A stretch of DNA of 64,000 nt from Vicugna vicugna (taxonomy: Eukaryota): contig MU058017.1 of the NCBI GenBank assembly GCA_013265495.1, forward strand, positions 124,001 to 188,000, in the 5' to 3' direction. Of the stretch, positions 40,241-52,724 are shown piece after piece. The position numbers and the translations under genes are program-made. Below the pieces are notes generated by a model that was not told where the DNA came from, did not search any database, and saw only the letters and a list, made by a program, of their open reading frames with translations. Each line of letters begins with the position of its first letter. Position 1 is the first letter of the stretch.

Positions 40241-41324
40241 GTCTGTAAGGACAGCAGTACACAACTCTTTATTGTAAATTCCATGCTGCTGTAACCTGGG
40301 TAGGCCTTGCAAAATGCAATGTGGGTTTTTATAATTCTGTCACTGTACAGTCAAGAAGTTAGATGCGTAAATGCTTGATTTCTATCCCATTTAGTGAATA
40401 AACTGCTCACCCCATTAACACTGGGGAAAAAATGTACAGATGGCAAGTAAGCACAGGGAAAAAAATCAACATAATTAGTCAGTAGGTAAATGCAAATTAA
40501 AGCCACAAGAAGATATTACAATGGCTATTAGAATGGCTAAAATAAAAGAACAGTGACAACACCAAATGTTGCTAAGGATACAAAGAAATTGGACCACTCA
40601 TATATTGCTGGTAGGAATATAAAATGGTACAGCCACTATGGCAAACAGTTTGGCAGTTTCTTCTAAAACTTAAAACACATTCACCACACAACCCAGCAGT
40701 TGGACTTTTGGGCATTTATCCCAGAGAAATAAACACTTATGCTCACTTGAAATCTCTATCTGAATTTTTATAGATTTATTTGTATTAACCAAAAACTGTT
40801 AACAGCCTAGATGCCCTTAAATAGGTGAATAGTTAGACTGTGTTACAATCATACCATGAACTACTCAGGAGAAAAAAAAAACAACCCGTTGATACACATG
40901 ACAATCTCTCCAGAGGATTATGCTAAGTGAAAACGACTCTCCAGGGAAATCTGTTATATGAAAAGATTACATACTGTATGATTCCATTCATACAACATTC
41001 TTGAAATAACAAAACTACAGAAATTAAAAACAAATTGTTTGTCAGGGATGCAAGAAGGGCTGGGGATGAGAGAGAAGTGGGCATGGCTATAAAAGGGCAA
41101 CATGAAGAATCTTTGTCATGATGTACATGTTCTATATCTTATCATATCAATTTCAATTTTAATTTCCGGGCTATAATATCACACTATAGTTTTGTAAGAT
41201 GTTACCATTGGGGAAAACTGAATACACGGTACATGAGATCTCCCTGATAATTTTTACAATCACTTGTGAATCTATAATTATCACAAAAACAAAAAGTTTA
41301 GAAAACAATGTTTTTAAAGTAAGG

Positions 41325-41455
41325 AGCTCAGCATTGAATTCAGAAGACCTTGTTTTTGTTCAGTATCACTACTCAGGAGCCTATGACTTTGAGTAAGTCT
41401 CTTTGACTTTCAGAACCATGGTTTTCTAATATGTAAAATGTGTAGATAAGATAAA
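41325..41455 (+). mobile_element. MIR fragment
   Basis: cagaagacct...ctatgactttgagtaagtc...ttttctaatatgtaaaatg. Confidence 0.6.
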
Positions 41456-42396
41456 TTGACTTCTGAAATCAAGTTACAGTTGTATGATTCTTTGACAGGT
41501 TTTTATTTCCTAGTAAAGAATGTATGCATAAAATACACCATTTTCCATACAACTGAAATGGAGTAGATGGGGATTATCTCAGATCTGGGAAAACAGGCAC
41601 ACCCAACTGTGGAGATCTTGCACTTGGGAAAGACCATTTGCTTGCTTATTAATGGACAAATCTCTAAAGTGTCCTCAACCCAGCCCAAGATAGCATTTCC
41701 CCATGTTAGAGATGAGAAACTGGTTTAAGATACAATTAGAAACTCTACCTTCTCAGCCTACCAGAAGATCAAATAAATATTTCCATTACAGAATTTTTTT
41801 TTCACTTTTTCAGAAAGCCAAACTTTACCCAAATGCTGTTTCACAGGGAGAAGAGACAACCCCCATATGTATGGCAGGTCCTTTAATTCACTCTAGCTTC
41901 CATATTGAGTTTGGCTTAGTTATCAGAACTAACATGTTTACATGACATTTGGAGCATGCTTCTGCTGGTCTTCTGTCTGTCACCAGTTAATAGACTCCAA
42001 AACAGTCTGGGTATAAATCCACTGCTCTTGCTGAAAGCTAGTCTATAATATATTATATTAACACAGTGGTTTTTATCAAGTTATTTTCTCTATTAAAATC
42101 TACAAGGTCTTCAAGGAACTTTAAAGAAACAAAATTATGATTTAAAAAACACACGACTTTTAAATTCACAAAGGTTTTTCTTAAAACAGTTATACTATTA
42201 TCCTGAGTTCAAGTTGCATTGGTAGTGCTATATACACACAAAATAATAGAGTGACATAATTCTGTGTGTATAATTCACACCTTGTAATACACACAAGACA
42301 ATGGAATAATGAAAGTTTGGGAGTGTCCTCTTGTGATTCTAACTAATTAACTATGGAAATTATCTTAGATGCTTAAATATAAAGCTGGGGTCCCTA

Positions 42397-43440
42397 AACC
42401 CTCCTACACTGCTGGTGGGAATGCAGTTTGGTGCAGCCACTGTGGAAAACAGTATGGAAATTCCTCAAAAGACTAGGAATAGACTTACCATATGACCCAG
42501 GAATCCCACTCCTGGGCATATATCCAGAAGGAACCCTACTTCAACATGACACCTGCACCCCAGTGTTCATACCAGCACTATTTACAATAGCCAAGACATG
42601 GAAACAGTATAAATGTCCATCAACAGAGAACTGGATAAAGAAGAGGTGGTATATTTATACAATGGAATACTATTCATCCATAAAAACCAACAACATTAAC
42701 GCTATTTGCAGCAACACAGATGTTCCTGGAGAATGTCATTCTAAGTGAAGTAAGCCAGAAAGAGAAAGAAAAATACCATATGAGATCGCTCATATGTGGA
42801 ATCTAAAAAACAAAAACAAACAAACAAAAACAAAGCATAAATACAGGACAGAAATAGACTCATGAACAGAGAATACAGACATACAGACTTGTGGTTACCG
42901 GGGGGCGGGGGGCGGGGTAGAGGGTGGGAAGGGATAGACTGGGGTTTCAAAATTGTAGAATAGATAAACAAGATTACACTGTATAGCACAGGGAAATATA
43001 CACAAAATGTTATGATAAATCACAGAGAGAAAAATGTGACAATGAGTGGGTATATGTCCATGAATGACTGAAAAATTGTGCTGAACACTGGAATTTGACA
43101 CAACACTGTAAAATGATTATGAATCAATAAAAAATGTAAAAAAAAACATTAATACAAAACAGAAACAGGCTCATAGACATAGAATACAAACTTGTGGTTG
43201 ACAGGGGGGCAGGAGGTGGAAAGGGACAGACTGGGATTTCAAAATGTAGAATAGATCAACAGGGTTATACTGTATAGCACAGGGAAATATATACAAGATC
43301 TTTGTGGTAGCTCACAGGAAAAAAAAAGTGACAATGAATATATGTATGCTCATGTATAACTGAAAATTGTGCTCTACACTGAAATTTGACACAACATTGT
43401 AAAATGACTACAACTCAATAAAAAAATGTTAAAAAAATAA
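42397..43440 (+). mobile_element. Young camelid-type L1 3' fragment with two tandem 3' UTR modules
   Basis: ORF2 C-terminus [10 protein letters not shown]...MEYYS; TSD ataaagctggggtc(c/t)cta at 42379-96 and 43440-57; AATAAA at 43126 and 43417. Confidence 0.95.
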
Positions 43441-44379
43441 TAAAGCTGGGGTCTCTAGGCTGTTAAAAAAAATACAATAGGGTATGGGAGACATACGAAG
43501 ATCTTTGAAAGGTGTCATGCTTGAGTTCTCCTTGGGAGTTCAAAGAAAATGTGGAGTTAGAACTGGTTTGCATGCATTTTGGAAGTTATTAACTCACAAA
43601 TTTTTATTGGAACCCTATTATATCCCAAGTACTGTCTGGATGCTGGAAGATGGTTTATAGACAAATAGGCAAGGAACGTAAGTTCTATGATAGAGGTAAG
43701 AACTAAATGCTAGAGGAGGACATAGGGAATTTTCTAACCCAAATTGGGTTAATTTTTATATGCATGTTATTGCTTTTTAAATCCAGAACCCCATACGAAC
43801 AAGGACATCCACTGCCCCACACTGGGAATATCACATGGGCCCAAAGATTTCCAAATGGAAACTGCTCGTGTACCCAGAAATCATCTGTAAGTAACTGACA
43901 ATTCAAATCCAGAGTGATTGGTGCCAAACAGGCTCGCTCACTTGTCAAGGCTGCTCATGAGAGAGTAGAGGTGAGAATGGACCCATCACAAAATGGCTGA
44001 CAGGTATTACAGGCTCAGCAAAAATCTGGCCCTACAGGCCTCCTTGTGGAATGTTCTCCTACATAAATGAGCTCCTCCTTCTAGTGAGTCCGGCCTTGTG
44101 AGTTTCTTTTCTTCTCCAGTAAACCAGGCCACGTGTATTACAGAATTGATAATAAACTCTGTCACATGACATTGGAAACCCTACTGCACCTGCCTGCAAA
44201 ACAGACTTCCTGGGTGATGTTGAAAAGGAAATAATAAGAAAATACGTTAAGATTTTCTCCCAAACTTACATAACACAAGAGACCAACCTTGTTGGAGGGA
44301 AACCAAGTATCCTCATGGACAGAGTGACCTTAGTTTCCCCATATAAACCCAACTTTCCCCACTGCAGACTGCTGGACTG

Positions 44380-44520
44380 TGTTAGTGTCTGGTTTGTCTG
44401 ATTTGATTATGGGCCCCCTGGGCAAGAACTTTGTCTAATTCTATGTTCTCGACAGCACCTAGCCCATTTTTGGCACCACTAAATGCCAAAGAACACTCAA
44501 TCTCTGTTAATGAATAATAA
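44380..44520 (+). mobile_element. L2 3' end
   Basis: ggcaagaactttgtct...cagcacctagccca...cactcaatctctgttaatgaat. Confidence 0.55.
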
Positions 44521-45119
44521 GATTGACTTCCCAACTCAACTTGATGAGGTTTCTGTCATTTTTATGCCAGTGTTCTTTCTGATTTGTATTTCATATTTGT
44601 GTCTGGAGAGCAAGTTCATGTGTTACTGAATCACCTCTGGACTGATCTTCTTTTCAGGAAATGTAGGCATGAGGTTGAATGTTTTTCAACCTCAAGTTTT
44701 GGGAACACAGACTGCTGAAATATGCTAAGCTACATGAAGGGGAAATGTTTCTGAAAGAATCACTTTTTTTTTTTCAGCAGTCATGGGGATCTCTGTGAGC
44801 CAAGGATGCAGACTGGTTAGCAGATGTGACCATAAAACCAGCAGTTTCCTACAATGCAAATATTTTACTCTATTTTCTCTCTTCCTAAGGAAAATAGTCA
44901 GTTTTTTGGTCTCTTAATATCTTTTTAACTGTGCTTCTTTAATTGTACTTATTTGCTCTAGTGCCTAATTAGTAGTTAAGCTTCTGTTCATATTATGTTA
45001 CCACATTGATGTATACAGACACAAATCAGGTATTACATATGAGATTTCACAACACAAAAACAACAAAGGAATTTTCTAGGCAATCCCACCTTAACATAAC
45101 TCAAGGTCAAAAATTTATC

Positions 45120-46140
45120 TTTCTAAAGAGAGGGTACTTCCATTATATGATTTTTTTTCTTGCCATTTAGCATGGTTTGCTATTTTTTGTTAAAAGTTAG
45201 ACATGATGTATTGAGTAATAGGACCTGAAGTAAACAGATCTTGATTGTGAGGTTTTAAGTTTAATCTACCTAGAAGTTGGGCTGTGTTCAACATTTTGTG
45301 TAGCTGTACATACTATAGGCTTCAAGTACCACTATGCCCTTACTTTTGCCACCTCTATTGTCTTTGAACTTCCCTAAGAATTCCTCAGAGACAGTCTATG
45401 TTTTGCAGCCCTTTTAGCTGTAAACTGTTATTATTATACTGGATCCCTATTGGTGTCTATATGTGGGGAGGGGTGTAAGGTGTGGGGAAGGAAGAGCATT
45501 CCATAACCTTAAAATGAAATCTTGGTCTTTCAGTCCACTTGTGTCACTGGCCTGTGAACTTCACCAATATTTCTTAGCTTTACTCCCCACATTAGGTGCA
45601 ACAAGATGGCTAGAAAGACCCAGAGTTAGGTACATGCCCTTCCTCAGATGGGTTAAGGCTCTGGTACAGTCTTATACCCTAAAGAAAGGACTTTTGTTAT
45701 GGTTAATATTCTGAGTGAGCTTTTAATTATTACTTTTTGCCCTCCCCTGACAAAGGCACAGGGGATCTATCTTGACTCGTTACCAAGAGGATCTGATGGG
45801 ATTCTTGGAGTAAACACCATGAAAGCGTGAGGGCTCCCGTAAGACTGTATCCCCCAGGAGTTCCTCATTCTCATGCTAGTCCACAGTCAGCATCCAACGA
45901 TCCATTAAAATCACTGTTTAATTTTTGCTTTAAGTTTATCAAGGTTCTAATGACTTCTGCTCCAGGCAGATCCTGGTTGTGAAATTCTGAATTTGTTTTG
46001 GTTTGGGAGTAGAGTTTGACCTGAGACTTCAGTTTTCTGCTGTGACCAAGAAAGGTCATTGGTTTTCAGTATGCTCATCTTTTGTCTTGTGAAGATGAGA
46101 GTAACAGCTTTCAAGATCTTCACATGTTGAAGCTGAACCA
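45120..46140 (-). mobile_element. Old L1 5' region (L1MD/L1MC-type 5' UTR)
   Basis: tagacatgatgtattgagtaatagga...ctggcctgtgaacttcac...ttttgtcttgtgaagatgagagtaacagctttcaagatcttcacatgttg. Confidence 0.75.
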
Positions 46141-46334
46141 TTAGATGATTTTTTATAGGTAAAAATTAATGTGATAAGGGAGTTGAAGTATTGCTACAAA
46201 TAAGTGAGCTAAAATTATTTTGAGTCCTCTCCAAAGTTTATTTCGATTAATAAAGTTAGGTGAAAAAGACAATTGAAACGGGTAACAGTTTAGTGGAGCT
46301 TCCACAGATCCAATTTGGAATAATTGATGTGTTT

Positions 46335-47235
46335 TAATAAACAATGAGCAAAATAAATTATAATACATTAAATAAAAAAGAAACCCATTAGTTCATAAAG
46401 ATATCTCAAAATAATAATTTCAAGTGTTGGGGAGAGGGAGGATGAAACGCTCTTTACAGAAAAATGATAAATAATAAGTGTAGAAAATATAAAATTGGAA
46501 AATCACCATTTTGCTGACACTAAGGTAATGATTGATTCAAGCAATATGTATAAATGGATGCAAAAACTATTTGAAGAAGAATCATTGGACAACAAATATT
46601 TATACACTCTTACAATATTACCCCACAGAGTACTTATTAATCACAAAAGAGTACCTACAAAATGAAGAAATCTAAGAGACACCACCTTAACCAAGGGATC
46701 AAACTCAATTTCTCAAACTAGGATACACTGACATCATCTACTTCCTGATATAAAAATATTCTTTACCGGAATCTAATTATGAGAAAATACTTATTTTAGC
46801 AATATTGTGCAAAACAATCAAGTCTCTTGAAAAATTTTAATGTCATGAAAGATAAAAATAGCTGGGAATTGTTGTACATTAGAGGAGGATGAAGAGATTT
46901 AATAACTAAATGCTGTGCATGACTCTTCATTAGATCCTGGAAGGCAGAGAATGAATTGTTATAAAGGATTTTACTGGGGCAACTTTGGAAATACGAACAT
47001 GGACTGTGTTTAGATAAAAGCATCATATCAATGTTAAATTTTCTTACAACAGTTATATTGTGATTTGTGGGAGAATGTTCTTGTTTTAGGAGAGAATTGT
47101 TGAAGTACAGGGCTGAGTGTTATGATGTCTTAAATCAGCTCTCACATGGGTGAATGTTAGTAATGAGTCTGATTGAAGGGTCCTGTTTTGCAACTTTTCC
47201 ATAGGTTTTATATCTTTCAAAACAAAAAGTAAATA
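46335..47235 (+). mobile_element. L1MC4/5-like 3' UTR
   Basis: aaaatcaccattttgc...caccaccttaaccaagggatcaa...aatgtcatgaaaga...atcaatgttaaatttc...ttttgcaactttt...ttcaaaacaaaaagt. Confidence 0.8.
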
Positions 47236-48789
47236 AAATGAATGACAGTAGTAATTGATATAGAATTAAATGCTGTATCTTTGTGGGTGTCAGGCATCAT
47301 ACAGAGAAAAAATTAGACTTACCTTGGATCAGTAAATATATTGAAAATTTTTTTAGCATGCTATGTGTGAATTAATATTTTGCAAATGAGATCCAAGTTA
47401 TAGTAAAATAATCAGCCAAATACACAGAAACATAATACAGTAAGTAGTCCAAAAACTCGTGGGTGGAAAAACTCTTGCAAAAGACAGAAATTTACAAGGG
47501 CTTCAGCAAACAGTGGTAAGAAATTAAAAGTAAAAGTTTTGGATGCAATAAACTCACATATACTCTATTTATTACTGCTTAAACATAAAAAAGCCAATAA
47601 AATGCTAACATCAAATATAAACAATTATACTAACATGCCCTCCTACCTTAATTAAGAGCTTTGCACAAAACTTTTATTCAAAATGCTGTCATTTCACTGT
47701 ACTGGTTACTTTGACAACATGTGAGATAATGAAAGCGTACACTTAGTCTTGGCTCTTAAGCTTTCCTTAAATAGGGCACTTTCAAAGACACTGTCTCTCC
47801 TGCAAGTGATGGTAAAGTGATTAACATGATGGCAACATCCAACATAAAGGTCAGACTGAGTATTGCTAACAGCTAGAAACTTTCATAAAGTGTGTCTGAG
47901 TAATGATTTAACATTCCATCATCACCTCCTCTACTCGTGCAGTGTGCCAAGGCCCCAGGAAAAGTTAGTCAATGTGCTCAGAGACAGGGCAGGAGAGAAA
48001 CAAGGGGAGAGAGGGATTAAGTACCTCATCTATCTGGGGTAAAGCAGTGGATGCTCTAGAAAAAGAAAAATCCTCTGTGTTGAGACATGTTTTATAAGTA
48101 GCTTCATCCCAATTAGTGTCATTTATAAACTATCTTTGCCCTGAGGAATTTCAGGGGCTTGATTTAAAAAAAAAAAACCCTTCCTTAATAAGTAGCAAAT
48201 ACCACAGTCAGGACTGCAGTGTAGACATCCGTATAGGATATAATTAATGCACCTGACAATGAATTCTGGCCACATTTCTTCTCAAACTTCAAGAACAAGG
48301 AGTCTGTTTTTCAAGGGCTATGTCACAGCCAAAGAAAAGTATAATACATTTCAAGGTCAATTAGGGATACATAGAACAGAAAACAAAGTGGAGGGTAAAG
48401 AGCCCCTGTCTCCCCAAACCTTGCCCTCTCTCACACGATCTTTGATGCTGGGAACTAGGAAGTGAGTGAGAGGCTGGGGAAATAGACAGACTAGAGCAGG
48501 AGTCACTCTCTTGCCTCATTAAGACTTATTCTCCTTCCAACTCTCATTTTCTTCTTTTGAAACAGAAGTAGGATATTTGCATCTTAGAATCAGATGAGGG
48601 AAAAGAGAAGGGAAGGATGTGAGACTGGCTACAGGAAGAGCTAAAATTCCAGAATTTTTTTTCAATTCCTGCCCCAGCTAGAGAGGCTGCTACTCTGGGC
48701 TGCGTACAGAACCTGAAGACCAAACAGCATCAAGTTCTCCAGACATTTCTCTGATAGGAGTTACTGTGTCTCAAGACCCTAGGATAAAG

Positions 48790-48990
48790 CAATGACGTTG
48801 GAGTCTGACGGTGTGAGGGTAAACCTCAGCTTTACTGTTACTTTTTGCTTGCCTTGAAGTCATTTAACAAATCAGTCTCAGTATCTTCCATTAAGAAAAA
48901 CTGGTGGTCAAGGGAGAGACTGAGGGAGAGATACTATTGACTGCTCTTAAGCTGGTATGAGGACCAAATAAGATGAAGGATTAAGGGTTC
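48790..48990 (+). mobile_element. MIR SINE (degenerate)
   Basis: ttggagtctgac...ccttgaagtcatttaac...tctcagtatctt...gtatgaggaccaaataagat. Confidence 0.55.
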
Positions 48991-51900
48991 ATCATCATGT
49001 CTGACAGTTTTACGGGCTCAGGGAATGTTTTCAGTCACCAAGGAAGGGCAAGGATTAGTGTCTTCCTCTTGCAACTCTTCACAGAACCACAACATGGGTA
49101 ATGGAAGTAGTGACATCCAGTCTATTCTGACTTCCGTTAATGTTAACCTAGCCACACTATGAACACCAGGAAGAGACAAAGTTCCAAAGAAGATACCTGT
49201 CCTTAATATTCTTGTCCTGCTCCTTGCCAAATTAGCTTTCATTCCAGAACGCTTTTTCCACGCCTTCTTTCTAGTATGGAGGTTTCACGTGGCATGCCCC
49301 ACACAACCCTCTGAGTCTTCACTCCCTTGGCAAACCTGCCTTCTACTCTCCCCAGGTTCCCTGCGAAGATGTCACCTCTTACTCCTATAAATCATTCAGT
49401 GCTCTGAGGCTAAGTAAGTTCTGTTCTCTTTCCTTACTCTATTGACAAGATCTTTCAGTAACAAGGGATCACAGACTTGATGTTTAGAGAGCGGAGTTAT
49501 TTTGCCACCTTAGAATTTTATTGTCTCATGTATTTTTCAAAATAAGTACAACTTGGTAAATTTTTCATTATTGGAAATAATATATCAGTCTTTAAATACT
49601 GCTATATTCTTTGAAAGATATAATTGAAATTGTTCTAATTTAAGAAAAAAGAAAATACAGTAATTCAAGATTAAAAATGGGAAAAAAAATGAGCCTTGAC
49701 CTAATGTAACTTCCAGATTAACCATTTCCCTACCACCAATTCATTCTTCCTAATTGTACATGATGATATGATAGCTGATGCTATTCTTATTCTCTGAAGT
49801 CCTCAGATTAAAAAAAAAATTCTTTGGGTAAGCAGACTATCAGTCCTTGTCAAGAAACATGGTGACTTTATAGCTTTCTGAAAATATGTTTTAGTCATAC
49901 ATGTCTGGGCACACAGTTTGGAAAATTCAAATTAAATTTCCTAGTATTTAGTTCATTACAGCGTCCATGCTAATTGACCTAGGGAAATTGACTTTTCAGT
50001 ACCTTATCAAGGTGGTCACATTCTTACGCTATGAGTTTCTCTTCACTAAAATTCATTAGTTTTCTACAAGTGTAGGGTTTTACAATTAGTGAGATCATAG
50101 CATTTTCTTTTTATGTAGAGTTCCTTGGTCACAGTGGGCAATTTGAAGTGGATTTGGAAGACTCATTATTGCCTCTTTATTACCAGGTTTTAAATTTATC
50201 TCCATTTAATGCTTTTTTCTGATACAGTTACTCTGTCAAACCCCCAGGGATAAATCAGTTCATGATAATATCCTTCCTTTGCCCCACACTAAGACAGACA
50301 TCCCCCCAAAATTATTCAAACTTAAACCTGACACATTTTTGTTACCTATAGTTGAGTATAACCTCTTGAGTATCAAAATTTAAAACAAAAAGTCTCTGAC
50401 ACCTCTTACTATTTCCCATCTACTCCAGCAACAACAACAAAAATGCACAGTAATCTAACTTCTGAATAAAGAACTCAAAGTTCAGTTCAAATTGTTGCTG
50501 CTGTTTTAATGATATGCTAAGGCTCTCACAACATTATTTGCTGTCAAGGTGTCTTTGAAACTGCAATGAAACGTCTATTTTCAGAACAGTATATAAAATC
50601 TCTTTACAAGATCTTATAAGCTTATGACTTTCATCATTTACTCTGACTTTCCTCTTAAGACTGTGTATTAATGCAAAGAGGGGAAAAATGGAGCCTATTT
50701 TTTTTTTAATTTCCTGCCTACACACAGACTCAACGTTTTCAAAGCAAAATGTCATGCAAGAAATAAAAGAAACACAAGAAACGTTCCCCTTGGCAATACT
50801 TTTCAGAGGCAAAGACTAAATGAATAGTAGCAAAGGTAGAAATAGCATGCCAAATATTTTTACATTTGTTGGAAAGTCTAAATAAAAAGATGGTCCCACA
50901 GTGAGCTTTACCACATTGAAATTCTGGGAGAAATCAGCAGGGAGAACATTCCTGGGGCTGGCACCCCTGGAGAGGACTCCCTTAAATTCTTCACAGCTGG
51001 ACTCCAGGGACAAGCAGTTGCCCTGTGTGCCAAGGACATGAAGGGAGAGGGAACTACCAAGCTGATTTCTGCAGAAACTGGTTCCCAATCCAAGTATGAA
51101 AATTACAGCCAAGACCCTGATTATCTGTCACTTTTCCCCTGTAATTTTGAATCAGTAATCATATTCCTCTGAAGACAGATGTTCATAAAATTATTGCCAA
51201 CCACATTTTATTCAATCTTTAGTCATTAATTTGCTTAAATTTTCTAAACTGAGGGTATTTCAGTTATGTGGCTATTACACAGAAATTCAATAGCACTAAA
51301 AGCACTGATCAGTTTCCAAACTTTGGTCCTTTAGGAGGTGAATGATTACCTTCTTTCTTTAATTCTCCTGTAACTTTATCTTTAAGTCTTTTAGCTTGAA
51401 AATAGGGACCTTCTATTTTCAGGTGAGCTTTTTCTTTCTAATCAATATTTGCATGACCTCTAAATAAGCATTTGCATCCTCTATCTTCAACTCCCTTTAA
51501 TTACTATTCTATATGAGTGCATTTATGCTTATTACATATCTCTCATGACTTTATTACTTTTTAAATTCCTTAAGAATAGTGAGCATGTTCCTTACTATGA
51601 GCCGTAAGTGCCTAGGAATATGATATTTTTTGTAATTTACCCTAAGGTCTATTTGCTGCTTAAAAGCTATCTGTGAGAAAGACAAATCACCTTTTGTACT
51701 CACTGAATGATGAAAGATTTTAACTATTTTAATGAAAAACGGTATCTTTAGTTATTAGGAATACTAGTATCTGTAATACAAAAATTAAGTTTATTAGTCA
51801 CTACACCTTAATTTTAGGATAAGAATTGGTGGGTATTGTTTTGTCACCATCTGGTATTTTAATGTCTGTGAGCCACTTTTGGTTTTATGAATGCTCTCAT

Positions 51901-52429
51901 TTTAACATTTCCTCATCTGTGCTGGCTACTTTAGTAAACTAAATTTCTACAAGGCAACCACGTATCACCTACCAGCTAAATGGAAATACTATTTAGAATG
52001 ATATAGTTCCTGGGTACTACTAGAACATACACTCTACCTGATGTTTAAAGAGGAAATAAAAACATAGATACCTTTCACACTTTGCATGCTCTGCTGAGTT
52101 AAAGGAATTCCAGGATTGAGCTTCACTAACCTGCATGCTTTCCAGCAACATTGAGTATCCTCCTGTCTATCAGCCTCAGGAGCTAACATTCTGACACCTT
52201 CTCAGCAGAATTCAACTACAAATCCAATAAAAAAAAACCTAGCTAAGTAGGTCAGACTGCTGAGAGCCCTGGCATTAACTTTATTTCTGACTGGGCAAGG
52301 TTTCTCTACCGTGGAACAATGACAGCAACATAATAAATCTACCTTGTTGCTTATAAAGTGATTTGATGAGAAATTTGGAGTATTTTTGATAATATCAGTT
52401 ATTTTAACTTAAGCTCTGTAACTCTGTTT

Positions 52430-52472
52430 TCCTTCTCTCTCTCTGTCTCTCTCTCACATACACACACACACA
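52430..52472. repeat. (CT)n(CA)n compound microsatellite
   Basis: Direct read. Confidence 0.85.
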
Positions 52473-52634
52473 ATAATATTATTGAGAAATATGCCCATTC
52501 TTGATATGGCCTAAGAATGTTCGGAGTTTCAGTAATTCAGTGTCCTTTATTTTTTGACTAAAAGAGCAAAACTTATCACGTTAAACCTCATCTGAAAAGA
52601 CAATATTGAAAGAATAGATCAGATTAAAAAAAAT

Positions 52635-52720
52635 CTCCATCTGTATCCAGTATCTCTATATCTGTATCTAATATCTGTATCTAATATCTAATATCCCATC
52701 TGTATCTAATATCTCTATAT
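52635..52720. repeat. Degenerate (ATCTGTATCTAAT)n simple repeat
   Basis: atctgtatctaat recurs three times, with variants. Confidence 0.8.
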
Positions 52721-52724
52721 TACC

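Larger units (their letters stand above)
39799..40432 (+). pseudogene. Retrocopy of an antisense transcript spanning the CENPS promoter, exon 1 and start of intron 1
   Basis: Non-L1 insert inside contiguous L1; AATAAA at 40397-40402 and A6 at 40427-40432 on +; candidate short TSD aaaatg on both sides; CENPS-like exon lies on the - strand. Confidence 0.75.
39527..41315 (+). mobile_element. L1MC1/2-like 3' portion, split by the CENPS-derived insert
   Basis: aaagacacattcactgaaaatg | insert | tgtacagatggcaagtaagcac is contiguous L1 ORF2; 3' end gtaagatgttaccattggggaaaactg...tgtgaatctataattatc. Confidence 0.88.

Noticed and set aside
39717..40262. 181-aa minus-strand ORF and overlapping + ORFs as a novel protein gene
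   Set aside because: Long ORFs are expected in GC-rich DNA. Only 17-18 codons resemble a known protein; the rest reads through promoter, intron and L1 sequence.
39799..40432. Being the genuine CENPS gene start
   Set aside because: Both flanks are contiguous halves of one L1, and I could not find exon 2 (RLKAAVHYTVG) downstream on the minus strand within the window.
50425..50505. Pre-miRNA-sized hairpin (cagcaacaa…ttgttgctg)
   Set aside because: The pairing comes from short CAA/TTG repeats and the interior pairs poorly.
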